Source: the human T2T-CHM13v2.0 reference genome, Homo sapiens. Taken from it: a DNA stretch of 64,000 nucleotides. Positions 21,139 through 37,528 of the stretch are shown here, piece by piece. The position numbers and the translations under genes are program-made. The notes under the pieces are model-generated. The model was not told where the DNA came from, did no database searches, and was given only the letters and a program-made list of their open reading frames with translations. The stretch lies in assembly GCF_009914755.1 (NCBI RefSeq), contig NC_060944.1. The stretch is one strand, 5' to 3'. Each line of letters starts with the position of its first letter. The first letter of the stretch is position 1.

Positions 21139-21730
21139 CTAGACTGTCCGAAGTCTTTCTCTTTGCTCTGGAGGTCACATAGAGCCTGGACCATCCAAGA
21201 TCTGCTGCTACGGTAAGACATCATCTCAGCTTTCCTTTCCCTTCTAGGCCACAGTCCTACCTTCTGAGGTATGGTGGTGGTCTCAACGAGACTTGTAGAT
21301 TTTCTGAAAATGACTTTCTCGTTGACTCTAGGGGTTGTTTCTACCTTGTGGGTGGGGCCTGGTTAATGGTGGGGATGTAGAATGGGGCTCAACAGGCAGG
21401 GCATCCAGATGGTACTGGAAACCCCAAACTCAAGAACTAACTAGGTCAGACCCCCCAGGAGGCTTATTCTCTTTTTGGAACCCTGGCCCTGGTCCCACCT
21501 TCTCTGCACTCGCACTAGAGGTCGCAGGTGGGATCATGGCACTGGAAGGAAGTAGGTGACTTCTAAGGGCTAAGAGAGGAAAGAGCAAGGGTACAGGTGG
21601 GACCCTAGATGCACCTCTGTGTCCCACCCTCCCTCCCTGAGTGCACAGCCTTGCCTCTGGGGTGCCCAGGAGGCTGAATTGGGGTTCTAGGTGTGCAGCC
21701 TTGGTTTCCCTTTTGGCCTCTCCTTTGGGC

Positions 21731-21851
21731 CTAGGCATCATCCAAAGAGACAGCCTCGTCATTCAGGCTGATGTAGAAGCTGAGGGACTCCCGGAGACCC
21801 TCACTGAGAAGAGACTCCTCCCCTGTGGCAGCTTCAGAAAACAGGAGGGAG
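21731..21851 (-). CDS. SLA2: SLA2 last coding exon (Cbl-binding C-terminus)
   Basis: Acceptor gtccacag|; SLLFSEAATGEESLLSEGLRESLSFYISLNDEAVSLDDA*; TAG at 21731-21733. Confidence 0.97.
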
Positions 21852-22169
21852 CTGTGGACAAAGGAAGATAATTGGGTCAAGAAGCCTCTTCCTCCTCCCT
21901 GTACTCACTACACACAAAATTGCACTGTTCTCAAAACCCTTCACTCCTGCTGAGGACCTCATGGGGCTCCCCTGTTCCCTATCAGATCAGCTTCCCCAGC
22001 CCCACCTGTCGAGCCTGGGCCGTGCTCCAGGAGTTGAGTCAGTGCACTCTGGCTCCAGCTGCCAGGTGTCCCTGAGTGTGACAGGTACATTCCGGGTTGT
22101 GGCTTCCCAGGGGTGGGTCCTTCTAACTCTTGGTCCTGCTTTCATGTTTCCAGGAGTCCCCAACTTTAC

Positions 22170-22302
22170 CTGTCCAGCTCTTTCCAGTTGAGTGGTGTCC
22201 TCTGCACAGTCACAGGTAGGGGTATATCCTTGCCAGGGAGCGGGCCAGCCCTCTGCAGGACACAGGGCTCCTTGAGTAGGCAGCAGATGTCATCCGCCAG
22301 CT
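22170..22302 (-). CDS. SLA2: SLA2 coding exon 6 (end of SH2)
   Basis: ttcctcag|; (E)LADDICCLLKEPCVLQRAGPLPGKDIPLPVTVQRTPLNWKELD; AG|gtaaag; 133 nt. Confidence 0.97.
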
Positions 22303-23089
22303 CTGAGGAAGAGACCTCCATCCCTGACATGACTGACTCCACCCTACTTCTCCCCAACAGCCCTCACCCTGACAGCCCTCTGCAGTTGGCAGGAGGGGGC
22401 ATGGTTACCAAAGAGTGATAGGACATGAGCCCCAAGCTATTGGTTTCATGGAGACAGATGTAGTCAAAGGTCTTTCTGGGCTAACTTTTGGGAGACAGTC
22501 ACTGTATGATTTAGGGTGAGTTCATGGACCTCTTGAGCTCAAGTTTCTGGTTAGGAAATTGCTTTGGGAAGAAGAAAGCTAAGGAATGCTCAGTCTACTT
22601 CTACTCACTGTCTACTTCCACACAGAGTGACCTGCAGAAAACCCCTAATGAGTTTTCACAAGAGTGCTCTTCCCTCTCTGCCCCCTGACGCTGTGCCCAG
22701 TGACTGCATCTTCCAGTGTCTGTTGAAGGACAGGCACCAGGAAGTACTAAGGAGAGTCAGGATTGAATCCCACACAGCAGCAGCTCTGTGCCCGGTTCCT
22801 GTGGAGAGAACTCTGCCTGCTGCCAGGGGCTCTGAGTCAGAACCAGAGTGGTAGGCAAGGTACTGACCTGAGCCTACACAGGAGGTCTGTGGCTTTTCTG
22901 CCAGGGCACGAGGTGAAGACAGGGCTCCCAGCCTGCATTTCTTGGCATAGGGACTGGCGTGAAAATAGGGGAGGCCGCTCTTCTGTCTGTCTGAATACTC
23001 CACAGTAGGTAAAATATCCAAGGGCACCACTGCCTGCTCCTCCCCACAGACTATCCCAGCCTAGTCCTGGAGGCAGGGAAAGGCCATAC

Positions 23090-23239
23090 CAGAGTAATGG
23101 TCCACCAGGGCCTGGAGTGAGGGGAAGGTGAGGCGCGGTGAGATGTACAGCCAGCCATTGTCAAGGCAGTGGATCCTGTAGTGTCTGATCCGGTCCCAGG
23201 ATGCAGGGCGGCTGAGGCGGACTGACAGAGAGTAAGAGC
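23090..23239 (-). CDS. SLA2: SLA2 coding exon 5 (SH2)
   Basis: tttctcctcag|; (G)SYSLSVRLSRPASWDRIRHYRIHCLDNGWLYISPRLTFPSLQALVDHYS, Src-family SH2; G|gtatgg; 150 nt. Confidence 0.98.
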
Positions 23240-24694
23240 CTGAGGAGAAAGGGGTCCAGGGGTGGCACTGAGGCCCTGCTGGGACTCGGCCCCACCTAGG
23301 CTGGGAAACGAAGATAGGCAACGTGACCATGGGGCCCCGGCAGAAGGGAAGTGTCTGGGGCAGAAGCAGGACAAAGACTTGCTCTCTTGGTCATCAATAA
23401 TATGTTCATAATAGATGGGGGTCTTGTGAGGGTGAAATCAAATCACACACAGAGCCCTCAGTACAGGGTCTGGCACTGTGTGAGTGAACATTCAGCGTTG
23501 GCTGTTCTTACAAAGACTCAGGTGGCAGATATGTTAGGATGCAAAAACACTGTCAAGAAGATGCTGGCAAGGAAGTGGAGAAGTAGGACCTCCCACCCTG
23601 CTGGTGGAAGAGAAATTAGTACGAGCCACCTTGGAAACAGTTTGGCATTAACTAGATGAGCTGAACATGCACGTACCTTACAACCCAGCAGTTCTTCCCA
23701 GGCACAATACCTCAGAAGCACACAAGCAATATGCACAGCGGCATTGTTTGTAAAAGTCAAAAACGGCAAACAGCCCGTTTGTGCTCAAGAGTAGAATAAA
23801 TTGTGGATTATAGAGTGTAGTGCTATACAGCAGTAAAAATTAATAACTGCTACATATAAGCATAAGGAAATCTTGGAAATTAAGCAGAAAAACATTACAG
23901 AGCATACATTCAGCCTGATTCTATTTAAAGTTCAAAGATAGCCAACATGACATTATATGTTGCACAGGCACACACGGCAAAGCTCTGAAGAAAAGCAACT
24001 GAATGATTAACACAGTGAAGCATGAGAGGGGGCTACAAAGGGCTTGTTAGGTAATTTCAGCTGGCAAGTGGGCGCGTGGATGTCAGTTTTATTAGTGCTG
24101 CTCAACCTACATGTATACATTACATACACTGATGAATGACAGTTTCACCAGCTTTGCATGTTTCATTTTTTCATTTTTTTTTTTTATTTTAATTTTCTTT
24201 TTTTTTTTTTTTGGAGACAGAGTCTCCCTCTGTTGCCCAGGCTGGAGTGCAGTGGTGCAATCTCGGCTCACTGCAACCTCCGCCTCCTGGGTTGAAGTGA
24301 TTCCCCCGCCTCAGCCTCCCGAGTAGCTGGGACTACAGGCGCCTGCCACCACCACGCCCGGCTAATTTTTTGTATTTTTGGTAGAGACAGGGTTTCACCA
24401 TATTTGCCAGGCTGGTCTCGAACTCTTGACCTCGTGATCCGCCTGCCTCAGCCTCCCAAAGTGCTGGGATTACAGGCATGAGCCACCGCGCCCAGCCAGA
24501 TTTTAATTTATTTTTAGAGCCATGCTCTCGCTCTGTTGCCCAGATGGCGTGCAGTGGCATGATCACAGCTCCTGGGCTCAAACAGTCCTCTTGCCTCAGC
24601 CTCCTGAGTACTTGGAATTATAGGCGTGAACCACCCCGTGCCTGGCCATATAAGCACATTTAAAATATTAAAACAGGCTAGGGGCAGTGGCTCA

Positions 24695-24907
<213 letters not shown>

Positions 24908-25121
24908 CTATAAATAAATAAATAAAAAACCCAAGGCCGGGGACGGGTGCAGTGGCTCACGCCTGTAATCCCGGCACTTTGGGAGGCCGAGGTGGGCGGA
25001 TCACCTGAGGTCAGGAGCTCAAGAACAGCCTGACCAATGTGGCGAAACCCTGCCTCTACTAAAAATACAAAAAAAAAAAAAATTAGCCAGGTGTGGTGGT
25101 GTGCGCCTGTAGTCCCAGCTA

Positions 25122-25508
<387 letters not shown>

Positions 25509-25824
25509 TCAGGAGATCAAGACCAGCCTGGCTAACACAGTGAAACCCCATCTCTACTGAAAATACAAAAAATTAGCCAGGCGTGGTGGCGTGCGCCTGT
25601 AATCCCAGCTACTCAGGAGGCTGAGGCAGGAGACTCGCTTGAACCCAGGAGGCAGAGGTTGCAGTGAGCCGAGATCAGCCACTGCACTACAGCCCGGGCG
25701 ACAGAGTGAGACTCCGTCTCAAAAAAATTAGTCCAGGCGCAGTGGCTCAAGCCTGTAATCCTAGCACTTTGAGAGGCTGAGGCAGGCAGATCACGAGGTC
25801 AGGAGATCAAGATCATCCTGGCTA

Positions 25825-26119
<295 letters not shown>

Positions 26120-26123
26120 TTAA

Positions 26124-26321
<198 letters not shown>

Positions 26322-26925
26322 TGAACTCCTGACCTTGTGATCTGCCCACCTTGGCCTCTCAAAGTGCTGGGTTTACAGCTGTGAGCCACTGTGCCCGGCC
26401 AACAAATTTAAAAGGATTGAAATCATTAAAAATATGTTGTCTGGCCACAATGGAATTAAATTAGAAATTAATAAGGAAAAGGTATCTAGGCTGGGCGCAG
26501 TGGCTCAAGCCTGTAATCCCAGCACTTTGGGAGGCAGAGGCTGTTGGATCACCTGAGGTCAGGAGTTCAAGACCAGCCTGACCAACAAGGCAGCCTGACC
26601 ATCTGTACTAAAAATATAAAATTAGCTAGGTATGGTGGCACATGCCTATAAATCCCAGCTACTTGAGAGGCTGAGGCAGGAGAATTGCTTGAACCCAGGC
26701 AGCGGAGATTGCAGTGAGCCGAGATTGTACCATTTCACTACAGCCTAGGGAACAAGAGTGAACTCCATCTCAAAAAAAAAAAAAAAAAAAAAAAAAAAGT
26801 ATCTAGAAGCCAGGTTTGGTGGCTCACGCCTGTAATCCCAACACTTTGGGAGGTTGAGGTGGGCAGATCATTTGAGGTCGAGAGATTGAGATGCGTCTGA
26901 CTAACATGGTGAAACTCCATCTCTA

Positions 26926-27675
<750 letters not shown>

Positions 27676-28263
27676 TAGTAGAAACGGGGTTTCACCATGT
27701 TAGCCAGGATGGTCTCGATCTCCTGACCTTGTGATCCACCTGTCTCGGCCTCCCAAAGTGCTGGGATTACAGGTGTGAGCCACCGTGCCTGGCCAAAAAA
27801 AAATTTTTTTTTAATTAACCAGGTGTGGTGGTGTGAGCCGATAGTCACAGCTACTCAGGAGGCTGAGGCAGGAGAATCACATGAACCCAGGAGGCAGAGG
27901 CAATTATTATGCCACTGCACTCCAGCCTGGGCGACAGAGCGAGATTCCACCTCAAGAAAAAATAAAAACAATGCTGGGCGCGATGGCTCACACCTGTAAT
28001 CCCAGCACTTTGGGAGGCCGAGGCGGGCAGATCACGAGGTCAGGAGTTCAAGACCAGCCTGGCTAACATGGTGAAACCCCATCTCTACTAAAAATACAAA
28101 AATTAGCTGAGCGTGGTGGTGGGCGCCTGTAATCCAGCTACTCAGGGAGCTAAGAATCACTTGAACCGAGGAGGCAGAGGTTGCAGTGAGCCGAGATTGC
28201 GCCACTGTACTCCAGCCTGGGCAACAGAGCTTGACTCTGTCTCAAAAAAATAAAATAAATAAA

Positions 28264-29309
<1,046 letters not shown>

Positions 29310-29379
29310 GTTGTTGTTTTTTTGAGACGGAGTCTTGCTGTGTCACCAGGCTGAAGTGCAGTGGCGCGATCTCGGCTCA

Positions 29380-29526
<147 letters not shown>

Positions 29527-29655
29527 TCACTTGCTTAACAATGAGGATAAATGTAAAATTAAAATTTATTTTAAAAATAAGAACTAAACATTGGCCAGGG
29601 ACAATGGCTAATGCCTGTAATCCAAGAACTTTGGGAGGTGGAGGTGGGAGAATCA

Positions 29656-29880
<225 letters not shown>

Positions 29881-30074
29881 TCAATCAATAGCTGAACATT
29901 GGCTGGGTGCGGTGGCTCACACCTGTAATCCCAGCGCTTTGGGAAGCCGAGGCAGGTGGATCACCTGAGGCCAGGAGTTCAAGACCAGCCTGGCCAACCC
30001 ATGGTGGAAGTTGCAGTGAGCCAAGATCATGCCACTGCACTCTAGCCTGGGTGACAGAGCAAGACTTGATCTCA

Positions 30075-30251
<177 letters not shown>

Positions 30252-30341
30252 TCACCTGAAAAAATGCAGAAAAATCATTTGACAAAATTCAACACCCTTC
30301 ATGATTAAAAAAAAAAAAAGCAGAAAACGATGAATAGAATA

Positions 30342-30805
30342 TGTTAGTTTCCTATTGCTGGTGTAACAAATTACCATCAATTCAGCAGCTTAAAATAACA
30401 CAAATTATTATTTTACAGTTCTGGAGGTTAGAAGTCTGAAATGAGTTTCACTGGACAAAAATCAAGGTGTCAGCAAGGCAATGTTCCTTTTGCAGACTCT
30501 AGAGAAGAAATCCATTCCCTTTTCCAGTTTCTAGAAGCCATATGGATCCCTCTGCTCATGGCCCCTTCCTCAGTCTTCACAGCCAGTAGCATCTTCCTGT
30601 CTCTAACTCTCACCCTCCTACCTCCCTCTCGTAAGCATCCTGGTGATTATATTGGGTCCATCTGGACAATCCAAAATAATCTTCCCACCTCAAAATCCTT
30701 AATCACATCTGCAAACTCTTTTTGCAATGTAAGGTAACATATTCACAGGTGCTGCAGATCAGGACCTGAACATTGTTGGGGGGGATGATGATTCTGCCTA
30801 CCACA
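30342..30805 (-). mobile_element. MLT1 (MaLR) solo LTR inserted in the old L1
   Basis: Minus strand begins TGTGGTAGGCAGAAT; other end tagtttcctattgctggtgtaacaaattacca is the typical MLT1 terminus. Confidence 0.85.
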
Positions 30806-33079
30806 GAAGAGTACCTGATACAAAGCATCTGTGAAAAATCTACAGCTAAGGCTAGGTGCGGTGGCTCATGCCTGTAATCCCAACACTTTGGGAGGCCGAG
30901 GCTTGCTGATCACCTGAGGCCAGGAGTTCAAGACCAGCCTGGCCAACATGGTGAAACCCCCATCTCTACAAAAATAGAAAAATTAGCTGGGCATGATGGC
31001 GTGTGCCTGTAATCTCAGGTACTCCAGAGGCTGAGGCAAGGTATTGTTTGAACCAGGAGGCAGACGTTGCAGTGAGCCGAGATCAGGCCACTGCACTCCA
31101 GCCTGGGTGACAGAGTGACATTACATCTCAAAAAAAAAAAAAAAAAAAAAAAATCGACAGCATGCTTAATAGGAAAGATTGATTATTTTCCATCTAAGAT
31201 TGGGAACAAAGCAATAATGTTCTTACCGCTTCTACTCAGTGTTGTACTAAAGGTCCTAACAAGTGCAATAACACAAGAAAAATAAATTTAAAGTATATGG
31301 ATTGGAAAATAATACAGCTGCCTTTACTTACAGGTAATACAATCATATGTAGATAATCATAAGGAATCTGCCAAAAAGCTACTAGAACTAAAAGTAAATT
31401 TAGTAAGGTGACCCAGAGTCAATATGCTTTGAGAAGTGTATTGACCCCAGTAGGGTCTCTGCTTCGTTTTCTTTGTTTTCTTTGCCTGACTGGGAGCCCT
31501 TTGACCTTTGTACCTTTATTTTTTTTTTCTTTTTCTTTTTTAGAGACAGTTTCACTGTGTTGCTCAGGCAGGCCTCAAACTCCTGGGCTTGAGTGATCCT
31601 GTTGCCTCAGCCTCCCAAGTAGCTGGGGCTATAGGTGTGCACCACCACGCCTGGCCTGTATTCTGTACCTTTGAGAAGAGTCTCTTCTTGAGCTGTGCTG
31701 TAACCCTAAAAAATTCTGTGGCTGGGAATGCGCTAAATATTTGAAAATAGGCCCAGAAGGCCAACCAACCCAGCTGAACTAGTGACCAAGACCTTATAAC
31801 TTTTGCATGGTTCTTGAACCACCCACCCCAGCCACTGTCACGACAGTTATTAGAATCAGAAAGGGTAGCTACACTTGGGATCTGGTTGGTGGTCTCAGGG
31901 ATAAAGAGGTCAGGAGTCATCCATTCCTGATTGCTTCCTGTCTCAGCCTCACATCCAGCCCAACAGAAAGCCCTGTTGGGTGTGGTCAGAACACAGCTAA
32001 GATCCAACCACTTCTCACCTGGAGAGAGCCTACTACGGCTTCCTGCGCGGCATCCTCTCTTCTCAGCAGGAAGGAGGGGTCAGGTCGTCTCATGCCCCTA
32101 CTCAGAATCCTCCCTGTCACACTTAAAATCAATCCCAAGTCCTCTCCCTGGAAAGGCTCTGTGTGACCTGACTCTAAACTCGCCACTCCCCTCATCCTGT
32201 CTTCCCTGACCGCCTGCTGAGGACGCGCCTCCCTGAGGCCTGTACTCACACTCACACCCTGGCACTCTGTGTCCTCTGAACGCTGCTTTGTTTCCTCTTG
32301 GCACTTATCACTCTCACACTCTTTTCTTATTTGTTTACTGTCCACCTTGCCAACTAGATTGTGGGCAGGAATCTTGCTTTTCATACTGCAGAATCTCGTG
32401 TTTTGAACAGTGCTTGGCACAAAGTCAGCACACAGTATCTATTTGTTGAATGAATGACTGAGTCTCTGTGATAAACACTCGGACGGAGCCACGATTACAA
32501 GCAGTTTTAAGGAGAGCTCATCACCATTTGCACTCCTACTGTCTGTGAGCACAGATGGTGTTGGGAATGATTCTTGAAGGCCTATCATTGCATGATTTGC
32601 AGCAAACACATATTGAGCATTTACTAAGACCTACCCTTCCCTGAGGACAGAGGGCCCACCCAGAGCCAGCCCTTAGCTGAAGACGGAGTGCTGTGGGGCA
32701 CACAGGTCCAGTTGACTGACAGGGGAGCAGGTCACTAGGGGTGATGAGGAGGTGACTTTGGTTCTGTCCTTGGAACTGATGCTACAAACAGCCTGAATCT
32801 TCCTGTTTGGGGGGCAGTCTCTCCCAGCTCTTCATCCTCTCTCCCCCTCTCAACATGCATAGGTGTACTCACCTGCTCATTCATTTATTCAGTAAACATC
32901 TGCTGAGCACCCACCACATGCTGGACACTCTGCTCTGGGCCCAGACACAGGTATGAAATCATCACACTCGGGGAAATAAGTGCTGTCTTGTCAGCACATC
33001 CACAGCTGGGATTTTCCTTAATGGTCCTCATTTCAAGTATTTAGTTCCTGTATTATTCTCATCAGACCACGTACCCTGA

Positions 33080-34744
<1,665 letters not shown>

Positions 34745-34812
34745 CTATTATAGCTACAGAAGAGGTATTTTCAAGATGCTATGGGAGTTGAGAACAAAAA
34801 TTGACATAGTAT

Positions 34813-34883
34813 GGGAAGGCGATAGCCTGGGTAGGTGATAGTCTGGGAAGGCGATAGTCTGGGTAGGTGGTAGTCTGGGAAAG
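34813..34883. repeat. 16-bp minisatellite, ~4.4 copies
   Basis: gggaaggcgatagcct / gggtaggtgatagtct / gggaaggcgatagtct / gggtaggtggtagtct / gggaaag. Confidence 0.92.
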
Positions 34884-35924
34884 TCCCACTGGAAAGAATG
34901 GCGAAGGATGAGTGTGAGCTTGCCGTGAGGAGAAGCGGAGGGCAGGCTTTCCAGATGGAGGGAGGGGTATGTGTAAGGATGCAGCGGTAGAAAGAACAAG
35001 GTGTTTACAGAGTGGCTGGTGGGCAGAGGGTCCAGAGGGAACAGTGGAAGCTGTGGCTGGACGCGGAGCCTAGAGGAGGACCCACCAGAAAGAAAGGCCA
35101 AGTATAAGGTCCTAATTTCAGAAAGCTCCAGCAGGCTTAGGCAACATCACCTCCGGGACCTCTGGGGTCAGGTATTCCAGTGATGATGCTGGGAGTGAGG
35201 GATGAGGGATCAGATAAGGAGCTGCATGTGAGAAGTGGGCCTAGCAGGACCCTCCTGAACCTTCTCTGCTGAGGCCTCTAAGAAGCTTTAGGGATTGAAT
35301 GTTGCACCCTCCACTGTCTGCACCCTGAGGACAAAAGCCATGACTTAGCAGGCCTGACTCGGAGGAGATGCTCAGTAAGTGTTTCCCAACTGACAGTGGA
35401 CAGAGGTGAGCCCTGCAGGGGCAGGAACCACGTCTTGCTCATCAATCTCCCTTATAGTGCCTGACACAGAACAGATATACAGCAGGACAGCGCAGAGGGG
35501 CTGCTGCTGGGGCCTGTCCCTAACCCTGTGCTGACCTCTGCACAATCCTGTGACCTCCACAAAGCTTCTAGGCCCCCTTCACGGAGCAAGATTTGGGGCC
35601 TGACTAGAGCCTGGCCATGGCTGTCCCGAGGCCTATCATATAGCCAGGTATGCCAGAAGGACTTGGGAAGATGGGGTCTTCCTGCTCCGGACTCTGATTA
35701 GTGTTCCTGGTAGCTCAGGGCCCCAGGCCTTCCTCCTTGGTCCACATGCAGGCTTGAAGCTCGTGTGGAATCAGTGCCTTTGGGCCAATGAAAAGCTGAT
35801 CCTGGCATCACTCACTCACTTGGTCAATGGCTAATTCCCATTATATACGACAAGAGCATAATGTAAAGTACATTGTCTCTTATTACTTCATTCTGGGTTC
35901 CCTAGATTGGAACTCTGTTTTCAA

Positions 35925-36400
35925 ACTCAAGAGAACAATAGAACCATCCAGAGAGCCTGTCCAAGAAGCAGATTTCTGACCTCTGCCCCCAAAAGTCTGA
36001 TTCAGTTAGGTCTGCGGTAGGGCCTACAAGTCTACAGTGTCAACAAGTTCCCCTGATGAGTCCTGTACACTCAAGTCTGAGAACCACTGTTCTATGACGT
36101 CACTTGGGCCCCTAGAGTCACTGTGGTGTCAAACCACAGTATAAAAGTTTACACTGTGACGCAGGACACACCTTATACAAAATCTGAAACAAAAGTTTTA
36201 TGACGCAATGTTTACCCCAACCATGGTCATGTTCTCTGCTCAATTTCACTACAAACACGCACTGGTCCAGACGCACTAAATTAGTGGGTTCCGACCCTGG
36301 CTACCCATCAGAATCACCTGGGCAGCTTTTACAGTGTGCAGGCCACATCCCTGACCAGTGAGATCAGAAACCCTGGAGGTGGGGTACAGGCATCAGTGTT
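35925..36400. mobile_element. hAT-Charlie DNA transposon remnants (MER5-like flanking a MER119-like piece)
   Basis: ctgattcagttaggtctgcggtagggcct, tctgagaaccactg and cagaatcacctggg motifs; aaatctgaaacaaaagttt; by eye. Confidence 0.55.
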
Positions 36401-37333
36401 GATTTATTGAATTTATTTATTTATTTGAGACAGGGTCTTGGTCTGTCACCCAGGCTGGAGTCCAGTGGTGTGATCATAGCTCACTGCAGCATCGACTTCT
36501 TGGGCTTAAGTGATCCTCCTGCCTCAGCCTCCCAAGTAGCTTAGACAACACGCACATGCCACCACACCTAGCTAACTTAAAAAAAAATTTTTTTTTTTTA
36601 AGAGATGGGGGTCTCCCTTTGTTGCCCAGACTGGTTTTGAACTCCTGGACTCAAGTGATCCTCCTGCCTTGGCCTCACAATGTGCTGGGATTACAGGTGT
36701 GAGACACTGCACCTGGCCCCTAAACTGATTTCTTGACCCACAAATCAACCATGACCCGCAGGAAAATTTTACCTTTCCTGGAAAATTGGCAAATTTCTTC
36801 TTTCTTTTCTCCTCCCCCAACTAACATTTTTCATCTTCCTCTTTGATAACAATAGCTGCATCCTGATCCATCTCCTTTTGGAATTGACTATGGGGACCTG
36901 GAGACCTTAGTCCCGGTAATTATGAGGATTTTTTTTTTTTTTTTGAGACATAGTCTCGCTTTGTCACCCAGGCTGGAGTGCAGTGGTGCGATCTCGTCTC
37001 ACTGCAACCTCCACCTCCAGGTTCAAGCAATTCTCTAGCCTTAGCCTCCTGAGTAGCTGGGATTACAGGCACCTGCCACCATGCCCGGCTAATTTTTTTG
37101 TATTTTTAGTACAGATGGGGTTTCGCCATGTTGGCCAAGCTGGTCTCAAACTCCTGACCTCAGGTGAGGCCTTATGTGGATCTTATGAGTCTTTAAAGAT
37201 CTTCATGGATCCCGCTGGGCGCGGTGGCTCATGCCTGTATCCTAGCACTTTGGGAGGCCAAGGTGGGCGGATTATCTGAGGGTCAGGAGTTTGAGACCAG
37301 CCTGGCCAACATGGCAAAACCCCGTTTCTACTA

Positions 37334-37528
<195 letters not shown>

